In this document: positions 28,728 to 41,969 of the stretch, piece by piece
Layout: each line of letters starts with the position of its first letter
Numbering within the stretch: position 1 is the first letter of the stretch
Source of the DNA: an uncultured delta proteobacterium
GTDB lineage: Bacteria; Myxococcota_A; Polyangia; Polyangiales; Polyangiaceae
Assembly (NCBI GenBank): GCA_963782055.1
Contig: CAWAIF010000003.1
Span: 3,360,001 to 3,424,000, forward strand
Direction: 5' to 3'
DNA length: 64,000 bases
Program-made: the position numbers and the translations under genes
The notes under the pieces: model-generated
Told to the model about the DNA's origin: nothing
The model's input: the letters and a program-made list of their open reading frames with translations, nothing else
Databases searched by the model: none

Positions 28728-30604
28728 GAACGTGGCCGCTCGTCGCGGCGACGACGCTGGTCTTCGCGGCGTGCGACGCCGTCGACGTGCCCGTAGACCC
28801 GCTCCCGCCGTACAACCGCTGCGAGAGCGACGAGCAGTGCAACACGCGCTACCCGGGGCTGGGGACCACGTGCGACCCGACGGCGGGTGCGTGCGCGCGC
28901 GCGGGCCTGAGCGGCATCGTCTACCTGGTCTCGATGCCGGACGATTCGCCGTACGCGCCGGGGATGGATTTGCTCATCGACGGCACCAGCTTCCCGAAGA
29001 ACTACGTGGCGTGCGGGAGCGAGAAGTGCACCGCGCCGCCGCCGCTGAACACGACGACGGGGATCGTGACGGTGTCGATCACCCCCGCGCAGGCGCTCTG
29101 GCCGCCGGACGGCCTGCGCCCCAACACCCCCCTCCCGACGAGGAACTCGCCCACGAGCCTCCCGGTCGCGGCGGTGTTTCGCCCGATGTGGAAGGACCCG
29201 GCCACCACGACATGGCTGGAGGCGAGGGATCTCGGCATTCAGATCGCCGACCGGCGCTCGGTGCCGACCACCACGCCCACCCCACCGGCCCCCACCAACG
29301 GGACGACGGATGGCCCCGGAGTCGGGTACTCCGTCCAGGTTCAGTCGGGGACGCCGGCGGCGCCGGCCTACTTCGACATCGAGCTGAGCCCCAGCGAGCC
29401 CTACACGGCCTTTCCTCCGGTGTTGCTCGCGCAGACGCCGGTGTCGTCGGGCAGCGCCGTCCTCAACGTGGAGAACGTCGGCGGGCAGGGATTGCTGGTG
29501 CTGGACGACATCACCTACACGTTGCAGCTCGGCGCGGGCGCCCCCAACCTCGCCGGGTGGTCGCTCTACCTCGTCGACGCGCACGACCGCCGCATCTCCT
29601 CGCTCGGCGTCCTCAGGGGGACGCCTGGCGAGCAGGTGGTGCTGCACCGCCCGCTCGTGACCACCGGGACGCAGCAGGCGCTGCTGCTCCAGCCACCGAT
29701 CGGCTCCAAGGCGCTGCCCTACCTCCGCATCGAGGCGCAGAGCGGGGTGATTCCCACGGCCATCCAGCTCTCGGCGCTCCCCGCGCCGGTGCTGGTGCGC
29801 GGGAGCGTGACCTCGCAAGCGGACTTCACACGGCACGTGCAGGCGGACATCGTGTTCGACGCGCCGGCCTATTCGGTCGACGGGCTGACGCCGCCCAACG
29901 TCGTCCCGTACGCGTACCGTACGCGCGTCTCCACCGACGCCGACGGCAAGTACGAGGTGACGCTGCCGCCCGGCGAGTACAAGGTCTACGTCGCCCCGAA
30001 GGATCCGGACCTCGCTCTGACGGTGCTCTCCGCCAAGGTGGGCGCCGCGGATCCGGTCATCAACGGTCGCGGCCTGGAGGTGGTGGCGCGGGCGCACCTG
30101 CGAGGACGCGCGCTCACCTCCAGCGGCGCTCCGCTGAGCTTCGCGACGGTCGTGGTGACGGCGGAGCCGGCGGCGGACCGGCGGCTGCAGAAGACGGCGG
30201 ACCCGCTCGCCGTGCCGCGGACGGTCAGGGCGACCACCGGCGGCGACGGGACCTTCGACGCGCTCGTGGACCCGGAGCTCGGGACCGCCTACGACGTCAC
30301 GGTCGAGCCGGCGGGTGGGACCAACTTTCCGTGGGTGGTGATGCACTCGGTGGTGGTGGACAAGGCCGATGTGACCCTCCCCGACGTGACGGTGCCCCCG
30401 CCCTATGTGGCGGAGGGCTTCCTCTCCGATCCCAACGGCGCGGCCGTCATCCCCCATGCCATGATCCGTGCCTACGCCTTCCCGGTGCCCGCCGGCGACG
30501 CCGACGGCGGGGCGCCGCGGACGCGCGGGGCTCGCCTCGTCGGCCAGACCCTGACGGCCGCCGACGGATCCTTCCGGCTCTTTCTTTCCCTCCCACGGCC
30601 CTAG
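28724..30604 (+). CDS. Lipoprotein with tandem carboxypeptidase-regulatory-like (beta-sandwich) domains
   Basis: Lipobox VFAAC. Repeated TDADGKYEVTLPPGEY, TGGDGTF and TAADGSF motifs. Confidence 0.8.
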   Translation: MRTWPLVAATTLVFAACDAVDVPVDPLPPYNRCESDEQCNTRYPGLGTTCDPTAGACARAGLSGIVYLVSMPDDSPYAPGMDLLIDGTSFPKNYVACGSEKCTAPPPLNTTTGIVTVSITPAQALWPPDGLRPNTPLPTRNSPTSLPVAAVFRPMWKDPATTTWLEARDLGIQIADRRSVPTTTPTPPAPTNGTTDGPGVGYSVQVQSGTPAAPAYFDIELSPSEPYTAFPPVLLAQTPVSSGSAVLNVENVGGQGLLVLDDITYTLQLGAGAPNLAGWSLYLVDAHDRRISSLGVLRGTPGEQVVLHRPLVTTGTQQALLLQPPIGSKALPYLRIEAQSGVIPTAIQLSALPAPVLVRGSVTSQADFTRHVQADIVFDAPAYSVDGLTPPNVVPYAYRTRVSTDADGKYEVTLPPGEYKVYVAPKDPDLALTVLSAKVGAADPVINGRGLEVVARAHLRGRALTSSGAPLSFATVVVTAEPAADRRLQKTADPLAVPRTVRATTGGDGTFDALVDPELGTAYDVTVEPAGGTNFPWVVMHSVVVDKADVTLPDVTVPPPYVAEGFLSDPNGAAVIPHAMIRAYAFPVPAGDADGGAPRTRGARLVGQTLTAADGSFRLFLSLPRP

Positions 30605-30633
30605 GGCCCGCGTGTATCGTAGGTCCCGAGCCC

Positions 30634-31236
30634 ATGGAGCAGGACAGCAAGATCAATCTCCTCGCGAAGGTCGCGCGCACCACCATGCCGCAGGACGGTG
30701 TGCCGGAGGGGAGCACCGGGATGTCCATCCTGACGCTGGCGGCCGCGTCCTACGGCGCGCGCCCCAACGACGACGCCACCGTGCCGACGGGCTTCGATCC
30801 CAACGCCGCCAAGCTCTTCGAGGCGATCATGGAGGGCGCGTACCTGGTGGCGTCGGCCGACGGCGTCTTCGACGCGACCGAGCGCGCGACCTTCGAGAAG
30901 GTCCTCTGGGTGGCGTGCGGGGGTGTGGTGGCCGAGTCGGAGATCGGCGCGCTCGTCGCCGACTTCGCCGACCAGCTCGCCGAGGACGGCCTGGACAGGC
31001 GTGTCGCGGCGGTGGGTGAGCAGATCCAGAAGCGGAGCCACGCGCTGGAGGTGCTGCGCATCGCCGCGCTGCTCGCGCAGACGAGCGAAGACGTGAGCGA
31101 CGTGGAGCGGACCGTGCTGAACAAGATCGCGAAGGCGTGTGGGCTGGACGAGCCCGCCGTGGACACCGCGCTCGCCGACGTGCGCTCGGCGCTCGCGGGG
31201 GCGGGCAGCCGTCCGCCGCCCGCCGCGTCCTCCTGA
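30634..31236 (+). CDS. TerB family protein
   Basis: AYLVASADGVFDATER and SDVERTVLNKIAKACGL motifs. Confidence 0.8.
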   Translation: MEQDSKINLLAKVARTTMPQDGVPEGSTGMSILTLAAASYGARPNDDATVPTGFDPNAAKLFEAIMEGAYLVASADGVFDATERATFEKVLWVACGGVVAESEIGALVADFADQLAEDGLDRRVAAVGEQIQKRSHALEVLRIAALLAQTSEDVSDVERTVLNKIAKACGLDEPAVDTALADVRSALAGAGSRPPPAASS

Positions 31237-31252
31237 GCGGCGACTCGACGCG

Positions 31253-31297
31253 CCCTCCCTGTCCCCCCTGTCCCCCCTGTCCCTCCCCCCTGTCCCC
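31253..31297 (-). repeat. Tandem TGTCCCCCC repeat forming a G-quadruplex-type tract
   Basis: Plus strand ccctccc-tgtcccccc-tgtcccccc-tgtccctcccccc-tgtcccc gives seven G-runs on the minus strand. Confidence 0.6.
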
Positions 31298-31304
31298 GGA
31301 CACC

Positions 31305-31342
31305 AAACGTCGGAGCGCAAGCGTGCTTGCACTTCGACGTTT
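31305..31342. promoter_or_regulatory. 18-bp imperfect palindrome, candidate MarR operator
   Basis: AAACGTCGGAGCGCAAGC-GT-GCTTGCACTTCGACGTTT (16/18 match), about 55 bp upstream of the marR-like ATG. Confidence 0.55.
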
Positions 31343-31397
31343 CGGCCGGAAACGCGGAGAGGGGGGGCGTGGCATGGGAGGTGCTCTGCGGGGTGGG

Positions 31398-31995
31398 ATG
31401 GACCCTGTGTTCTTCACCATCAAGCGGGCCTACTACGCGACGTTGCGGCTGACGCGGCGGGCCCTCCGCGCGATGGGGCTCACGGCGGCGCGGTTCGATC
31501 TGCTCGACGCGCTGTACCGCCTCGGGACCCGCACCATTCACCTTCAGAGTCAGATTCGGCGCGCGCTCGGCGTGGCGCGCTCGACGATCAGTCGCATGAT
31601 GCGCTCGCTCGAGCAGCTCGGGCTGGTCGAGCGGCGGCGCGACGGGCGGGATTGCATCGTCGCGCTCACGCCCGAGGGGCGACGCCGCGTACGCCGGGCG
31701 TTCTTCGGGCTGGTCCTCGTCGGGCACGTCGGGTTCGCGCTGGACGGCGCGCTGGCGCCGGGTGAGCGCCGCTGGCCCGCCGCGCGCGCGTGCGCGAGCG
31801 CCCGCAGGCACCTGGAAGCGCTGTGCATGCGCATTCGAACCGGCTTCGGCGACGAGGCTACCCTCGACAGGCTCACCGAGTACGGCTTCTGGGTGCTCCG
31901 GGAGGAGGAGCGGGTGCGGCGTGCCCGCGCGCATCGCGAGCGCCGCCAGGCGCGGCTCGATTCGAGCGTACGGGCTCGGCGGTTCGCCGCAGTGA
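31398..31995 (+). CDS. MarR family winged-helix regulator, 3' end uncertain
   Basis: GLTAARFDLL, LGVARSTISRMMRSLEQLGLVER and VALTPEGR motifs. No in-frame stop before the convergent gene, so the end is approximate. Confidence 0.7.
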
Positions 31996-32003
31996 CCCCG
32001 GGC

Positions 32004-34247
32004 TCAGGGAAGGAGGGCGCCACCAAGCTGGGCGATGGTGTCGCGGAAGAGCTGGGCCTCGTGGTCATGACCGCGGTCGCGCGCCTCGCGCTCCAGCCGC
32101 GCCAGCACGTCGAGCTGGAAGGGGAGGAGCTCCGCGCGGCGCGCCGGCGTCGCGTCCTCCAGGCGGCCCGCGAGCATGGCGAGCAGCTCGTGGCTCCGGC
32201 CGAGGCGCATGAGCACGCCGGAGAGCTCGTCGACGACCCCGTCGTCGTCCGGGCTGGCGCGGAAGCGCGAGAGCAGCTCCTCGGCGCGCGCCTCGTCGTC
32301 GGCATCGTCGCTCCGGGCCTCGTCGTCATCCGCCGGGATGCCGTCGGGCGGCATCGTCCTGGGGCCGACGGTGCTCGGCGCGGTGCCTCCCTCCGCCTCG
32401 GCGTACGCCGCCTGCACCTCCGGATCCCGAGGGAAGAGGCGCGCGGCCACCGCGAGGTGTGCCAGCGCGCCCTCCAGATCGTGGCGGGAGCGCCGCTCGA
32501 AGGCGGCGGCCTCCAGGAGGAAGGGCCGGCGCTCCCCCTCGCCGGCCTCGCCCGCGAGGGCGGCGAGATCGCGCATCTGCGCGTAGGCGAGGGAGGCGCC
32601 GGCGAAGTCGCCGAGGTCGGCGCGCCACCGGCCTTCGAGCGCGCGGGCCGCCAGGGCCTCCGGGTCGGCCAGGCCAATCTCCCGCGCCCGGGCGATGGCG
32701 GCGGGCTTGTCACCCAGCGTCTCGGCGAGCGCCCGCGCGAGGGCCAGACGGTAGGGCGAGAGCGACGCCGAGGGCGCGCGCGCCGCCTCGCCCAGCTCCA
32801 GCGCGCGGGTGAGCAGCGTCACGCCGCGGGCGATCCTGCCTTCCGCCAGCAGAGCGGCGCCCAGACCAGCGGTGGCCTCCGGGTCGTCGGGCAGGAAGCG
32901 CAGGGCGCGCTCGAACAGCGGTCGCGCCTCGGCCCCGAACCCCGCCGTGTGAAAGAGCGCGCCCGCCCGGCGCCACACCGCGTGCTTCGCCGCGGCGCCC
33001 GACGCCAGCGCCTCCAGCTCCTCGGCGTCGGCCACCGCGTCGCGCAGCCGCCGGAGCGACAGGCGCATGGCCGCGCGCGACCAGCGCAGCCGCGACGACG
33101 AGGGCACCAGCGCCACGGCGCGGTCCAGCCACTCCAGCGCGTCGTGCCGATCGTTGACCAGCGTGGACACTCGCTCGAGCGCCAGGGCGGCCAGGGCAGG
33201 GTAGCGCTCCCCGTGCGCCGCGCGCAGCAGCGCCGCCGCCGCCGCGGACGAGTCGCCGGACTCGGCGGCGAGCTCCCCCGCGAGAAATCCCGAGGCCGTC
33301 CCGCCGTGCTCGTCGGCGTCGGAGAGGGTCGCTCGCGCGGCCTCCCCGCGCCCCCCCGCGACGCGGTCCAGGTCGGCGATGCGGCGGCACACCTCGGGAT
33401 GGCGGGGCGCGCGCTCCAGGCAGTACAGGTCCAGCACCCGGGCGCGCTCGTGGTCGCCGGCGGCGCGCGCCTCGTCCGCGTCGCGTGTGAGCAGCGCCGC
33501 CTCGCGGGCGCGCACAGCCTCCGCCGGCGTGTCCACCGGAACTGCCCCGACCGAGGCGTGCAGGATCCACGCGTCGGCGGCGCACGTGATCGCGCCGACA
33601 CGGACGTCCTCCGTCTCGGGTGCGCGAGCGCCCGCCTCAGGGAGCAGGCCGCGGCCGATCCGGTCGAAGACGTGGTCCACCACGTAGCGCGCTCCCTCGC
33701 GCCGCGCGGCGCGCCCCAGCGCCGCGTCCATCGCACCCATCGCCAGCGTGACGGCCGGCTTGGGGAGGCCCATGCCGCGGACGTCGAAGAGGGTGAGGCG
33801 CAGCTCCTGCTCGTGCGCGTCCACAGCGACCTCGAAGGCCAGCGCGCGTCCAAGCGCGTCATCGCAGATGCCCACCGTGGCGCCCCAGGGGCGCGACGCA
33901 ATCCACACCGCGGGCGTGCGCGGCCCGAGCAGCCCGCGCAGCCGGGGCGCCATCCAGCGCTCGGCGGCGACCCGCTCCAGCTCCACCGTGAGCCGCTCCA
34001 GCTTGCCGCGCTTGTGCCGGAAGCGCTGCACCCCCCCCGAGACGTCGATGGGGAAACGCGCCGTGGGCAGCGACGCCGCCAGCTCGGTGACGAGCAAGCA
34101 CGCGAGCGGCGCCGGCCCCCCCAGCTCCAGGCCCAGGCCCTTTCGCCCTATCGCCAGCCGCAGCTCCACGACCGGCCGCGTGGCCGGGCGCGCGCCCCTG
34201 GGGGGCGACGCCGCGCGAGCGGGTCGGGAGGAGCGATTCGCCGGCAT
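32004..34247 (-). CDS. TPR-repeat protein with an unknown N-terminal domain
   Basis: TPR motifs such as EARPLFERALRFLPDDPEATAGLG. Codon bias fits this frame. Confidence 0.75.
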   Translation of the reverse strand: MPANRSSRPARAASPPRGARPATRPVVELRLAIGRKGLGLELGGPAPLACLLVTELAASLPTARFPIDVSGGVQRFRHKRGKLERLTVELERVAAERWMAPRLRGLLGPRTPAVWIASRPWGATVGICDDALGRALAFEVAVDAHEQELRLTLFDVRGMGLPKPAVTLAMGAMDAALGRAARREGARYVVDHVFDRIGRGLLPEAGARAPETEDVRVGAITCAADAWILHASVGAVPVDTPAEAVRAREAALLTRDADEARAAGDHERARVLDLYCLERAPRHPEVCRRIADLDRVAGGRGEAARATLSDADEHGGTASGFLAGELAAESGDSSAAAAALLRAAHGERYPALAALALERVSTLVNDRHDALEWLDRAVALVPSSSRLRWSRAAMRLSLRRLRDAVADAEELEALASGAAAKHAVWRRAGALFHTAGFGAEARPLFERALRFLPDDPEATAGLGAALLAEGRIARGVTLLTRALELGEAARAPSASLSPYRLALARALAETLGDKPAAIARAREIGLADPEALAARALEGRWRADLGDFAGASLAYAQMRDLAALAGEAGEGERRPFLLEAAAFERRSRHDLEGALAHLAVAARLFPRDPEVQAAYAEAEGGTAPSTVGPRTMPPDGIPADDDEARSDDADDEARAEELLSRFRASPDDDGVVDELSGVLMRLGRSHELLAMLAGRLEDATPARRAELLPFQLDVLARLEREARDRGHDHEAQLFRDTIAQLGGALLP

Positions 34248-34465
34248 TCCGTCAATCGTAGCAACTCCTCGCGCCCCGAGGCGACTTCCCCGCCATGGGG
34301 GCCGCTCCAGCCCGGACGCCTCCCACGTCGGACTGTCAGCACGCTTGCAATCCGACGCGTGGGCCGGATCCGCGAAAGGGGGGCGGGCACCTGGGACCGT
34401 CCGGCCAGGGTCGAGCCACGCCTCGGGAGGGAGCAGGAGGGCGGGATGGAGTAGGCTGCCGGCCG

Positions 34466-37767
<3,302 letters not shown>

Positions 37768-37806
37768 GAGGCCGAGCGGCCGGGGCGGCGCCGTGGGCCT
37801 CCCCCG

Positions 37807-37841
37807 CGCGATTCGGTTGCACGCCACGTGCACGAATCGCG
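37807..37841 (+). terminator. Stem-loop downstream of eno
   Basis: CGCGATTCG-GT-TGCACG-CCA-CGTGCA-CGAATCGCG. No U-tract follows. Confidence 0.4.
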
Positions 37842-37929
37842 ACGCGCCACGGCCGGATCCCGTGCAATTTCGCGCTGCGGCGCGCTCGGGCCGCGCGGGC
37901 ACGATACATGCGTCGACTCCGCAGTCGTG

Positions 37930-38328
37930 ATGGCTTCACACACCGGTGTTCGCGCCCTCGTGGCAGATGATGACCTGGACCTGCTCGACGCGGTCGCGGG
38001 CGCGCTCGAGTATCTCGGGCTGGAGGTGGTGCGCGTACACAGCGGCGGCGAGCTCATCGAGCGCATGGCCGAGGAGGGGGCGTTCGACCTCATCGTCACC
38101 GACGTCGCCATGCCGTGGATGAGCGGGATCCAGGCCTTGCGGGTGGTGCGGACGGCGGGCATCTCGACGCCGGTGATCGTCATGACCGCGCTGACGGACG
38201 ACTGGACGGCCGCGCAGGTCGCGGCCCTCGGCGAGAGCGCCGTCCTCCTGCGCAAGCCGTTCGACCTCAGCCAGCTGGAGGCCGCCGCCGTGCGGCTGCT
38301 CGCGGGGCGACGGAGTGACGTCGCGTGA
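37930..38328 (+). CDS. Single-domain response regulator (receiver)
   Basis: LVADDD, DLIVTDVAMP, VMTA and LRKPF motifs. Confidence 0.9.
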   Translation: MASHTGVRALVADDDLDLLDAVAGALEYLGLEVVRVHSGGELIERMAEEGAFDLIVTDVAMPWMSGIQALRVVRTAGISTPVIVMTALTDDWTAAQVAALGESAVLLRKPFDLSQLEAAAVRLLAGRRSDVA

Positions 38329-39794
38329 ACGGCGGCGCGCAGCCCGTCGAGGTGACGCACGCCCGCCGCGCCATCGCGCTCTTGCCCCTCGTCGCCGCGC
38401 TCGCCGTCACGTGGGCGATGCGCGGTCTGGAGGAGCCCTACCACCACTGGTTTCTCTTCTACCCGGCGGCCTTCGTCAGCTCGTGGATCGCGGGTCGGCG
38501 GTGGGGCTTGCTCGTCACCCTCCTGGCGACGTCCCTCGTCTGGTGGTTCTTCATCCCGCCGACGCAGTCGATCGTGAAGCCGCCGGGGGAGCTCCTCCCG
38601 GCGGTCGTCTTCGCGGTGATGGGCGTCTTCTTCGCCGTGTTCCACGACCGTCTGAGGACGGTGAACGCGCGCATGAAGAAGCTCCTGGACGAGCGGCGCG
38701 TGTTCTCCGCGCTCATCGAGAACTCCCCCGACTTCATCGGCATCACCGACGCCACCGGCAAGCCGGTGTACGTGAACCCCGCCGGACGCCGCATGGTCGG
38801 CATGGCGCCCGACCACCCCCTCGCCGAGACGACGATCCCGGAGTACTACCCGGCGGAGCAGCGCACCTTCGTGAGCGAGGTGATCCTCAAGGAGATGGCC
38901 GAGCGGGGTCAGTGGCGAGGCGAGACGTACTTCCGCAACTGGAAGACGGGCGAGCCGATCCCGGTCTCCGACGAGCACTTCATCATCCGGGAACCGGAGA
39001 CCGGGCGCGTCATCGGCATGGGCACGGTCACGCGCGACATCTCCGACGTCAAGCGCGCGCGCGACGAGGTGGAGGCGGCCAACCGGAAGCTCGAGCGGGC
39101 GCTCGAGGCGCGGGACGAGGTGCTCGGCATCGTCGCGCACGACCTGCGCAATCCGCTCAACGCGATCGTCATCCAGTCGCAGCTCCTGCGGCGGTCCGGC
39201 GCGGCGGAGCGGCGAAACGTCGCGCCCGTCGAGGGCATCCGGCGGGCCGCGATGCGCATGAACCGCCTGATCCAGGATCTGCTCGACGTCGCGCGCCTGG
39301 AGGCGGGGCAGACGCTCGCGATGAACCGGGCGACGCTCGTGCCGCGGACGGTCGTCAAGGCGGTGCTCGAGTCCCACGGCCCGGCCGCCGCCGCGGCTTC
39401 GATCGAGCTGGTCGCCGACGTCGGGGACTGCGCCGACGTCTGGGCCGACCGCGGGCGATTGCTCCAGGTCTTCGACAACCTGGTGGGCAACGCCATCAAG
39501 TTCACGCCCCCCCACGGGCGCGTCGCGGTGGGGGTCGCGCCGCACGACGGCGACGTGCTCTTCTCCGTCAGCGACACGGGCGTGGGCCTCGCGCCGGATG
39601 CCGCCGAGCGTCTCTTCGACCGCTTCTGGCAGGCGCAGGCGCAGGACCGTCGCGGCGCGGGCCTGGGGCTCTCGGTGGCCAAGGCGCTGGTCGAGGCGCA
39701 CGGGGGCCAGATCTGGGCCGAGTCGCGCGTGGGCGAGGGGACGCGTGTCTGCTTCACCATCCCGGCGGCGACTCCCTCCGCCATCGCGGTCTGA
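38325..39794 (+). CDS. Membrane PAS sensor histidine kinase with a DUF4118-like TM region
   Basis: TM helices, PAS domain (YVNPAG), HDLRNPL H-box, NAIKFT, DTGVG and GAGLGL motifs. Confidence 0.9.
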   Translation: MNGGAQPVEVTHARRAIALLPLVAALAVTWAMRGLEEPYHHWFLFYPAAFVSSWIAGRRWGLLVTLLATSLVWWFFIPPTQSIVKPPGELLPAVVFAVMGVFFAVFHDRLRTVNARMKKLLDERRVFSALIENSPDFIGITDATGKPVYVNPAGRRMVGMAPDHPLAETTIPEYYPAEQRTFVSEVILKEMAERGQWRGETYFRNWKTGEPIPVSDEHFIIREPETGRVIGMGTVTRDISDVKRARDEVEAANRKLERALEARDEVLGIVAHDLRNPLNAIVIQSQLLRRSGAAERRNVAPVEGIRRAAMRMNRLIQDLLDVARLEAGQTLAMNRATLVPRTVVKAVLESHGPAAAAASIELVADVGDCADVWADRGRLLQVFDNLVGNAIKFTPPHGRVAVGVAPHDGDVLFSVSDTGVGLAPDAAERLFDRFWQAQAQDRRGAGLGLSVAKALVEAHGGQIWAESRVGEGTRVCFTIPAATPSAIAV

Positions 39795-39857
39795 CGCCTC
39801 CCGAGCGGCGCGCAGGCTACCTTCCCCCAGCCGCGCGCCGGCGGATGGAGTGAGGCC

Positions 39858-41441
39858 TCACGCCGCCCGGCGCGCGTAGCGCGGCCAGTCGTCGAGCATC
39901 CGCCGCGCGGTCTTGAGGGAGACGCTCATCACCGCGAGCTGCGAGTTCACCCCGATGCTCGTCGGCAGGACGCTGCCGTCGGAGATGATCAGGTTGTCCA
40001 CCTGCCACGTCTCCCCGGTGGGCTTCACCACGCCGTGGCGGTCGTCGACGCTCATCTTCGCCGAGCCGAGCGGGTGGAACGCCATGCACTCCACCCGCCG
40101 CGCGGACGGCGGGTGCTCGGTGAGGAAGTCCAGGTCCTCCACCTTGTCGATGGGCTCGCTCCCGAACACCGGGAGCAGCACCTGCTTCGCCCCGGCCGCG
40201 AAGGCCATCTGCCCGAGGAGCTGGATGCCCTTGAACATGCGCGCCCGGTCGCGGTCGCTCATGCGGTAGGTGAGCATCGGCTCGCGGGAGATCCAGCGCC
40301 GGACCGCGCCGCCACCGTCGTCGTGCACCATCCCGCCGAAGACGGCGAGGTTGGGGTACTGCTTCATGAGGTCGAGGTGCGGCTTGCCCACGCCGGGGAA
40401 GGCGGCCGCCAGGACGTTGGGCGGGTTGAAGACGCTGACGAAGGTCAGGCCCTCGTCCATGAGGTGATCGCTGTAGACGCTCTGCATCGCGCCGTCCCAG
40501 CCGCCGACGACCTCGTCGAAGGTCGCCGAGACGCGGAAGGCCGGGTGCAGCGTCAGGTGACGCCCCAGGTGCGGCCCGCCCAGGCCGCTGCGCCGGAGCA
40601 AGAGCGGGGTGTGCATCGACCCGCAGGCGACGACGACCAGCTTCGCCTTCACCTCGAAGGGGACGCGCGGCTCGCCCGTCCGCTGGTCCAAAAAGCGACC
40701 GCGCACGCCCACCGCCCGGCCGCCGGCGATGTCCACCCGCTCGACGAGCGCGTCCGCCCACACGCGCGCCCCGGCGGCGTACGCGTCGGGGAGCACCGAG
40801 ATGTCCACGCTCATCTTGGCGCGGTTGGGGCAGCCGAAGGTGCAGCGCGACGCGCCCTTGCAGTGGTGGGTGTTGCGCCGGAGGCTCTTCATCGGGATGC
40901 CGAGCTTCGCCGCGCCCTCGACGAAGATCTGCGTGGAGCGCGAGCGCATCGTCTCCGGCACCGTCTCCACCTGCACAGTCTCCTCCACCGAGGAGAAGTA
41001 AGGGTCGAGCGCCTCCGGCGTCATCCCGGTGAGGCCGAGCCCGGTGGACCAGTGGTGCAGCACCTCCTCCGGGATGCGGAAGCACACCCCGCCGGTGAGC
41101 ACGCTGGAGCCGCCGACGACGCGCCCGGCCATCGAGGCGATGAGCGGCGTGTCGCCAAGCCCGACGGCCGTGTTGAGGCCGCACTCCCGCGCGATGCGCC
41201 GCAGGCTCTGCGAGGGCGGCAGGGCGCCGTACTCCTCCGGCGTGTAGTAGCCGCCCTCCTCCAGCACCAGCACCGAGAGGCCGGCCTGCGACGCCTCGCG
41301 CGCCATGATGGCGCCGCCCGCGCCGGAGCCGACGATCACCACGTCCACCTTCGCGCTCGCCGGGCGGCCAATCTCGCGGCCGCGCGTCACCGCGCCGCGA
41401 GGGACGTCGCGCGTCTCGTACGCGCCGGCCGGCTCGTTCAT
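39858..41441 (-). CDS. GMC family FAD oxidoreductase
   Basis: IVGSGAGG, VGGSS, CKGASRCTFGC, HPLGSAKM and DGSVLP motifs. Confidence 0.9.
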   Translation of the reverse strand: MNEPAGAYETRDVPRGAVTRGREIGRPASAKVDVVIVGSGAGGAIMAREASQAGLSVLVLEEGGYYTPEEYGALPPSQSLRRIARECGLNTAVGLGDTPLIASMAGRVVGGSSVLTGGVCFRIPEEVLHHWSTGLGLTGMTPEALDPYFSSVEETVQVETVPETMRSRSTQIFVEGAAKLGIPMKSLRRNTHHCKGASRCTFGCPNRAKMSVDISVLPDAYAAGARVWADALVERVDIAGGRAVGVRGRFLDQRTGEPRVPFEVKAKLVVVACGSMHTPLLLRRSGLGGPHLGRHLTLHPAFRVSATFDEVVGGWDGAMQSVYSDHLMDEGLTFVSVFNPPNVLAAAFPGVGKPHLDLMKQYPNLAVFGGMVHDDGGGAVRRWISREPMLTYRMSDRDRARMFKGIQLLGQMAFAAGAKQVLLPVFGSEPIDKVEDLDFLTEHPPSARRVECMAFHPLGSAKMSVDDRHGVVKPTGETWQVDNLIISDGSVLPTSIGVNSQLAVMSVSLKTARRMLDDWPRYARRAA

Positions 41442-41941
41442 ACAGACACCTCGTCGCGTCGCGCCGCGGCGGAGGGGAGGGGAGCGGCGGCGACGGGGAG
41501 CGAGCGCTTGTAGTGCTCGCGCTCCGGACCGGGGTAGCCGATGGCCCGCTGCCGCGCCTCGTCCTCGAAGAAGGCGATGGTGAGCATGGTCTTGAAGGCG
41601 ACGACGATGAGGGTGAAGGGCACGAAGCGGGAGGCGTCCATCCGCCCGAGCATCTTCACGCGGTCCTCCCGGGAGAGGTCGTCGAACGCGGCGAAGCGCC
41701 CCACGACGAGCAGCGGCAGGAAGCGAAGGATGTCCAGCATGCCCGTCAGGCCGAAGCGCAGCGTCTTGCTCGCCGGGCTCATGAAGCCGTCGGCGCTCTC
41801 GACCAGCGCGTCCAGATCGGCCTCGGCGAGCGGCTCGTCCCCCGTGAACATGGCCTCGCCGAGCGCCCGGACCACGGCGCGGTGGCGCGGCCGGAGGGTG
41901 GTGCGCGCGAAATCGCGCGTCCGGAGCAGCGGCAGCGGCAT
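41438..41941 (-). CDS. GMC partner protein (gluconate 2-dehydrogenase subunit 3-like)
   Basis: FDDLSREDR and IGYPG motifs. ATGA overlap with the GMC gene. Confidence 0.65.
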   Translation of the reverse strand: MPLPLLRTRDFARTTLRPRHRAVVRALGEAMFTGDEPLAEADLDALVESADGFMSPASKTLRFGLTGMLDILRFLPLLVVGRFAAFDDLSREDRVKMLGRMDASRFVPFTLIVVAFKTMLTIAFFEDEARQRAIGYPGPEREHYKRSLPVAAAPLPSAAARRDEVSV

Positions 41942-41969
41942 CGAAGGGTTAGCATAGCGCGCAACACCC

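Noticed and set aside
30634..31236. Tellurite-resistance (ter) operon
   Set aside because: Only a lone TerB-like gene. No terA/C/D/Z neighbours.
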